DNA from: the human T2T-CHM13v2.0 reference genome, Homo sapiens
NCBI RefSeq assembly: GCF_009914755.1
Contig: NC_060939.1
DNA length: 64,000 nt
Strand: one strand, 5' to 3'
Shown here: positions 57,632 to 64,000 of the stretch, piece by piece
Layout: each line of letters opens with the position of its first letter
Position numbering within the stretch: position 1 is the first letter of the stretch
Program-made: the position numbers and the translations under genes
The notes under the pieces: model-generated
The model's database searches: none
The model's input: the letters and a program-made list of their open reading frames with translations, nothing else
Told to the model about the DNA's origin: nothing

Positions 57632-60247
57632 AAAAATGCTGCTTACAAGAAATCCACTTTAAATATAAAGACATAGATAAAAGAAGGGAGAAAATTTACC
57701 ATTGCAAACACCAAAAAGAAAGCTAAAGCAGACCTATTAATTTCAGACAATATAAGCTTCACAACAAGGAAGAGTATCAGCGATAAGGAGGGACGTGACA
57801 TAGTCCACTTTCCAAGAAATAACTGTCTTTAATGTGTATGCACCTAACAGCAACCTTCAAAATACATAAAGTGAAGACTGATAGAACTAAAAGGTGAGTA
57901 GAAAAATCCACAATTGTAGTTGGAGACTTCTATATCCCTCTCAGTAACTGATAGAACAAGTAGGCAGAAAAATCAGTAAGGATCTAGATGATTTGAGCAA
58001 CACTCGACCAACATGACCTAAGAGACATTTATAGAACACATCACTCGACAACAGCAGAACACACACTTTTCACAAGTGCACATGGAACATTCACCAAGAT
58101 CACATCCTGTGCCAGGAAACAAACTGGCAAATTTCAGTGAATTGAAATCAGGCATATTATATTCTCTGGCCATAAGGAAATCAAACTAGAAATCAGTAAC
58201 AGAAAGGTAGTAGGAAAATGGCCATATATTTAGACATTAAACAACATATTTTAACCCAAGGACCAGAGAAGAAATCTCAAAGGAAATTTAAAAATACATA
58301 TAGCCAAATGAAAATGGAAATACAGCATCAAAATTTTGAGGCCCAACTAGAGTAGTGATGAGGTGAGATTTATAGCAACAAATGCCTATATTTGAAAAGA
58401 GGGATCCCAAATCAGTAATCTAAGCTCTTACCTTAAGAAACTCAAAAAAGAAGAGCAAACTTAACCCCAATCAAGCAGAAGAAAGGAAAATGTAAAGTGA
58501 TACCAATTCTACACAGTCTCTTTCAGAAAAAATTAGGAGAGAACACTTTCCAACTTATTTTTTTAGGTCAGCATTACCCCGGTGCAAAACCAAAGTAAGC
58601 CAACACAAGAAAAAAAGTCTACAAATCCATATTCCTCATGAACTCTAGACACAAAAATCCTCAGTAAAAAGTAAGTAAATTGAGCAATATATAAAAAGGA
58701 TAATACATCAAGACCAAGTTGGTTTTATCCCAGGAATGCAAGGCTGAGTCTACATTTGAAAATTTATTAGTATAATCAGTATATTAACAATTGAACATCT
58801 ATTCATCATTTAAAAAAAAAATCTCAATGAACTAGTAATAGAAAGGAACTTAATAAAGAGCATCTACAAAAAATATACAGCTAAAATACTTCATAAGGGG
58901 AAAGCATTCAGTCTTCTAGCATTTGGAGCTAGGTAATGATATTTTTTTTTCTCACCAGTCATATTTACCATGGTAGTAAAAGTCCTAGCCAGTACAGTTA
59001 GGCAAAAATAAATGAATAAAATGCATATATATCGGGAAGAGAGAAATTAAACTTCCTCTATTCATAGGAGATAGATTCTTTCATGTAGAAAAGTGTAAAG
59101 AAATTATAAAAAAAACTCCTCGGACCAATCAGTGAGTTTAGCAAGGTTGCAGGGTACAAAGTTAATATATAAAAATCGATTATATGCCAGCAGTGAACAA
59201 TTGGAGTTTGAAATTAAAAAAAAAAAATGATAGCACCCCAAATAAAGGAAGGAAAAGAAACATCTAGGTAAAATTCTGACAAAATATGTACAGTCTGTAT
59301 GTTGAAGACTGCAAAACACTGATGAAAGAAATGAAAGAAGACCTAGATGAATAGATAGATACATCATGTTAATGGATTTCAAGACTCAGTATTGTCAAGA
59401 TGTCATTTCTTCCCAGATTGATCTGTAGATTAAACACAATTTCAAAATCCCAGCAAGCTCTTTTGTAGTTACTAACAAGCTGATTCTAAAATATATAGGT
59501 AAAGACGAACTACAATAGCTAGAATGATTTTAAGAAGGAACAAAATTTTAAAAAAATACTACTACTACCCGATTTCAAGACCTACTACAAAGCTATAGTA
59601 ATCCAGAAAGTGTGATATTGACAAAAGGATGGGCACATAGATCAGTGGACAAAACGGCTCAGAAAATTTACACCTATACGTATATATTCAGCTGGGTTTT
59701 TGGCAGAGGTAGTAAGGCAATTCAACAGAGAAAGGATGGTGGTTACAACGAATGGTGTTGAAACAATTCTACATCCATACACAAAACAAAAACAACCCAA
59801 AGTCTGAAAATAACTCAAACTTTATTAAAAAATTAACTAAAATTGGATTATAGACCCAAATTTAAAACAGGAAACTGAAATTTAGAGGAGAAAATCCAAC
59901 ACAAAAAGCAGGATCCATAAAGAAAAAACTGATGTATTGGAGGTTGAACTTAAGTTTTGCTCTGTGAAAGGCACTGTTCAGAGAGTATAGGACAACCTAC
60001 AGATTAGAAGAAGGTATTTGCAAGTCACATATCCAATAAAGAGTTTGTATCCAGAATATTTTAAGAATTCTTAAAACCCAACAGTAAGAAAACATTTTTA
60101 AAAGGGCACAAGATCTGAACAGATACTTCAAAAAGAAGATACATGGATGGCAAATAAGTGTATGAAAATATGCTCAATATTATCAGGCTTAGGGAATTGA
60201 AAATTAAAACCTAATGAGATATAACTGCACATCTAGTAAAATGGCTA

Positions 60248-60658
<411 letters not shown>

Positions 60659-60690
60659 TCAGTTCTTATGAATTTAAATATACACTTGCT

Positions 60691-60836
60691 GGCCAGGCAG
60701 GGTGGCTCATGCCTATAATCCCTGCACTTTGGGAGGCCAAGGCAGGAAGACTGCTTGAGCCCAGGAGTTCAAGACCAGCCTGGGCAACACAGCAAGACCC
60801 TGTCTTAAAAATTAAAAAAAAAAAAACAAAAAAAAC
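60691..60836 (+). mobile_element. Alu monomer (FLAM-like)
   Basis: Left-arm-only Alu followed directly by an A tail. Confidence 0.82.
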
Positions 60837-61704
60837 TTGCTGTACAATCCGGTAATGCCACTCTTTGAGTATTTACGCACATGAATTGAAAACTATACTT
60901 ATAAGAAACCCGTATCTTTCATAATTGTGAAACACTGAAACTAGCCTAGATGTCCTTCAACAGATGAATGGATAAACACACTGTACATCCATATAAAGAA
61001 ATGCTACTCAGCAATAAACTGTTTATTCACCCAGCAATACAGATGAATCCTAAGTGAATTTTGCTAAGTAAAAGAAGCAGTAGTGTATGATTCCATTTAT
61101 ATTTCATTCTGGAAAATGCAAAACTCACTGGCTGCCATGGGTTGGGAGTGGAGAGAGGAGTTGACTATAAAGGGTTAATAGGGAATTTTTGAGGTGATGG
61201 AACTAATCTGTGTGATGCTGTTTTGTTAGATGCATGGGTCTGTGTTTGTTGAAACTCATGAAACTGTACCTACAAAGAGTGACTTTTACTAAATGCAATT
61301 TAGTAAAAAAAGATTCCGGGGGAGCCCAAGATGGAATGCATATTGTCACACATGAATATAACTTTATTACAGATAAGTAACATGATATTGAAGGGGTGAG
61401 GAAGCAAGAACCTGGTCTAAGTAACTTTGGAAACTTTTGACTGGATACTGTAAGGTTAGAGACCAACGAAATTGTAGCAAATCACTGTGCTCTAGATGGT
61501 AAATTCATCCCTCACATACACAAACACAAAGGGTTGAACATATAAATAAATATAAAATGTAAATAAACAAATGGACATTGTAGATAAAGGCAGCCAGGTT
61601 TCTCATGGTTGGAGGAGAAAGTTGCAGATAACCCAGGGGGTTGGGGGTGGGGTCTAGAATGAGCCTGTGTTTCAGGGTTATAGTTGAAGGATTCAGTAAG
61701 AGTT

Positions 61705-61752
<48 letters not shown>

Positions 61753-61772
61753 ATTTTTGTATTTTTAGTGGA

Positions 61773-62321
<549 letters not shown>

Positions 62322-64000
62322 TCATATATTTCCTAGCTCTGTTTGCTGAGAGGTCTGTGAGGCAATAGCATCCAGTAACTGAACATACCTGGTGCTCAGA
62401 TTTTAGTTTCAGAACACCATTTTCTAATACAAGGACTCAGGGCTGCTTGGAAAAAAATGGTTTGTTGTAGAGCTGGGGCAGGGAAACGGGATGAGCCGGG
62501 GTTGTCAGAGGTTAAGAAAGTGCGTATCAAAAGTCACGGGAGCTGGCCTTTCAAAAGAGTTTCCAGTGGCCAAAACTAGAACAATTTGAGTAACAAAATA
62601 ACAATAGTATTGGATTATAGCCCAGGGAATAAAAAACATTGAGTCCATTACTGATATAAATAAATGATAGAATAAATAAGGGGAAAGGGACAACTCTTCC
62701 TTAGAAAATAACTAATTAATAAATGTAGAAAGAATGAGAGAGAGTAAATCAGCATTAGAACACCACAGTACAATGGTAATTGTTGCAGGCAAAGTCAGTG
62801 GATAAATGCTAACATAAGTGGGCAAAAAGTTTAAGTAAAAAGCTATTTTGCTTTGTCTCAAAATGTCTCTTCCCCAATATTCATTTCTTACAAAGGGAAA
62901 AATTAGAGAATTAGAAATAAGAGAATCCTGGAAAACACTGCCTTAACCGGAGGATCAAGGTTAACATCACCAGTAATGGGACATAAAGACAACATGTGCC
63001 TTCCAATATGACATGCTAAGAAAGCCATGTCTCTTTGTGGTATTCTTGCAAAAATCCATGCCCTTCTATCTGATTATGAATGAAAATCAGACCCAAATTG
63101 AGAGACATTCTATAAGATAACTGATCAGCACTCTTTCAAAACAAGTTGTCAAGGTCATGCAAAACAAGTTGTCAAGGTCATGAAAAGGAAAGACTGAAGA
63201 ACTGTCACAGAGCAGAGGAGACGAAGGAGATGTGAGAACTAAAGGCTTGTGGGATCCAGGATCTGATCCTGGGTCAGGAAAAAGGACATCAGTTGAAAGA
63301 CTGGTGAAATCCAAGTAAAGTCCAAAGCTTTAATTGGTGCTGTATTATTTTTATTAGTTTCGACAACTGCATTGTATTTCCTTGTGATGTTAACAATGTG
63401 GAAAGCTGAGTGAGATGTGAGGGAGCTCTCTTTGTAAATGCTGTCTAAAATTATTTCAGAATAAAAAGTTTAAAATATATACATACATACATAACAAAGA
63501 AATACACCCCAAAAGGGAGCCAAGAAAAAATGGCATTTAGGATGGTCCCATAGCTCACCTTTCAGGTACTGGATATGCAATACTTGCTACTGTCTTTCAG
63601 AAATAAACTCTACAAAATGTCATGTAGGGTACAGAAATGTTTACAAGAATTGTTAGTAAACTGCCAATTTAGAGACAAACTCCATTTAAGCATTTTAGCA
63701 ATTGCTTAATAAAGTTATGTCTGATTGTTAGGAGAGCATGAAGGATCTCCATGGAAAACTCAAAATGTGTCGTATGAACTATTTACACGCTTATTCCTGT
63801 ATATTAAAGTGAAAACCATATGTTTTACACATACACAGCTATAATGTTAGACAGTATATTTTGGTGTGTACCTTGTGTTTGGAGATATGTAAAGATATCT
63901 ATAACAAAACAGTTGAATAGCATCTTGCCCACATTGGAGATAGCAGTTGTAGATCAAGTGATTGTTTTTCAGAGTAAGTAATCGGTCCCACCTACTTTAC

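Overview
AT-rich, repeat-dense primate (very probably human) genomic DNA lying entirely inside the MEF2A gene on the + strand. Six coding exons are readable with canonical AG/GT ends: the 204-nt MADS/MEF2-domain exon (7297-7500), the mutually exclusive alpha1 (33066-33197) and alpha2 (33263-33400) exons, and three transactivation-region exons (36135-36354, 37141-37200, 51983-52170). The start-codon exon, the beta microexon and the 3' exons are not in the window. The rest is intron filled with Alu, L1, MaLR LTR, hAT/Tigger DNA transposons, microsatellites and an internally deleted Y1 RNA retrocopy. I did not find a new biological system. The most notable structures are a 161-bp essentially perfect fold-back (A-B'-A'-B template-switch rearrangement) at 61.7-62.1 kb, a 105-bp locally templated insertion with a snap-back junction, an L1-retroposed polyadenylated LTR fragment, the 65-nt intron between the alpha exons, an AT-rich palindrome, and an unexplained CpG-rich patch near 2.8 kb. 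Repeat subfamily names and boundaries of old repeats are by eye and approximate.
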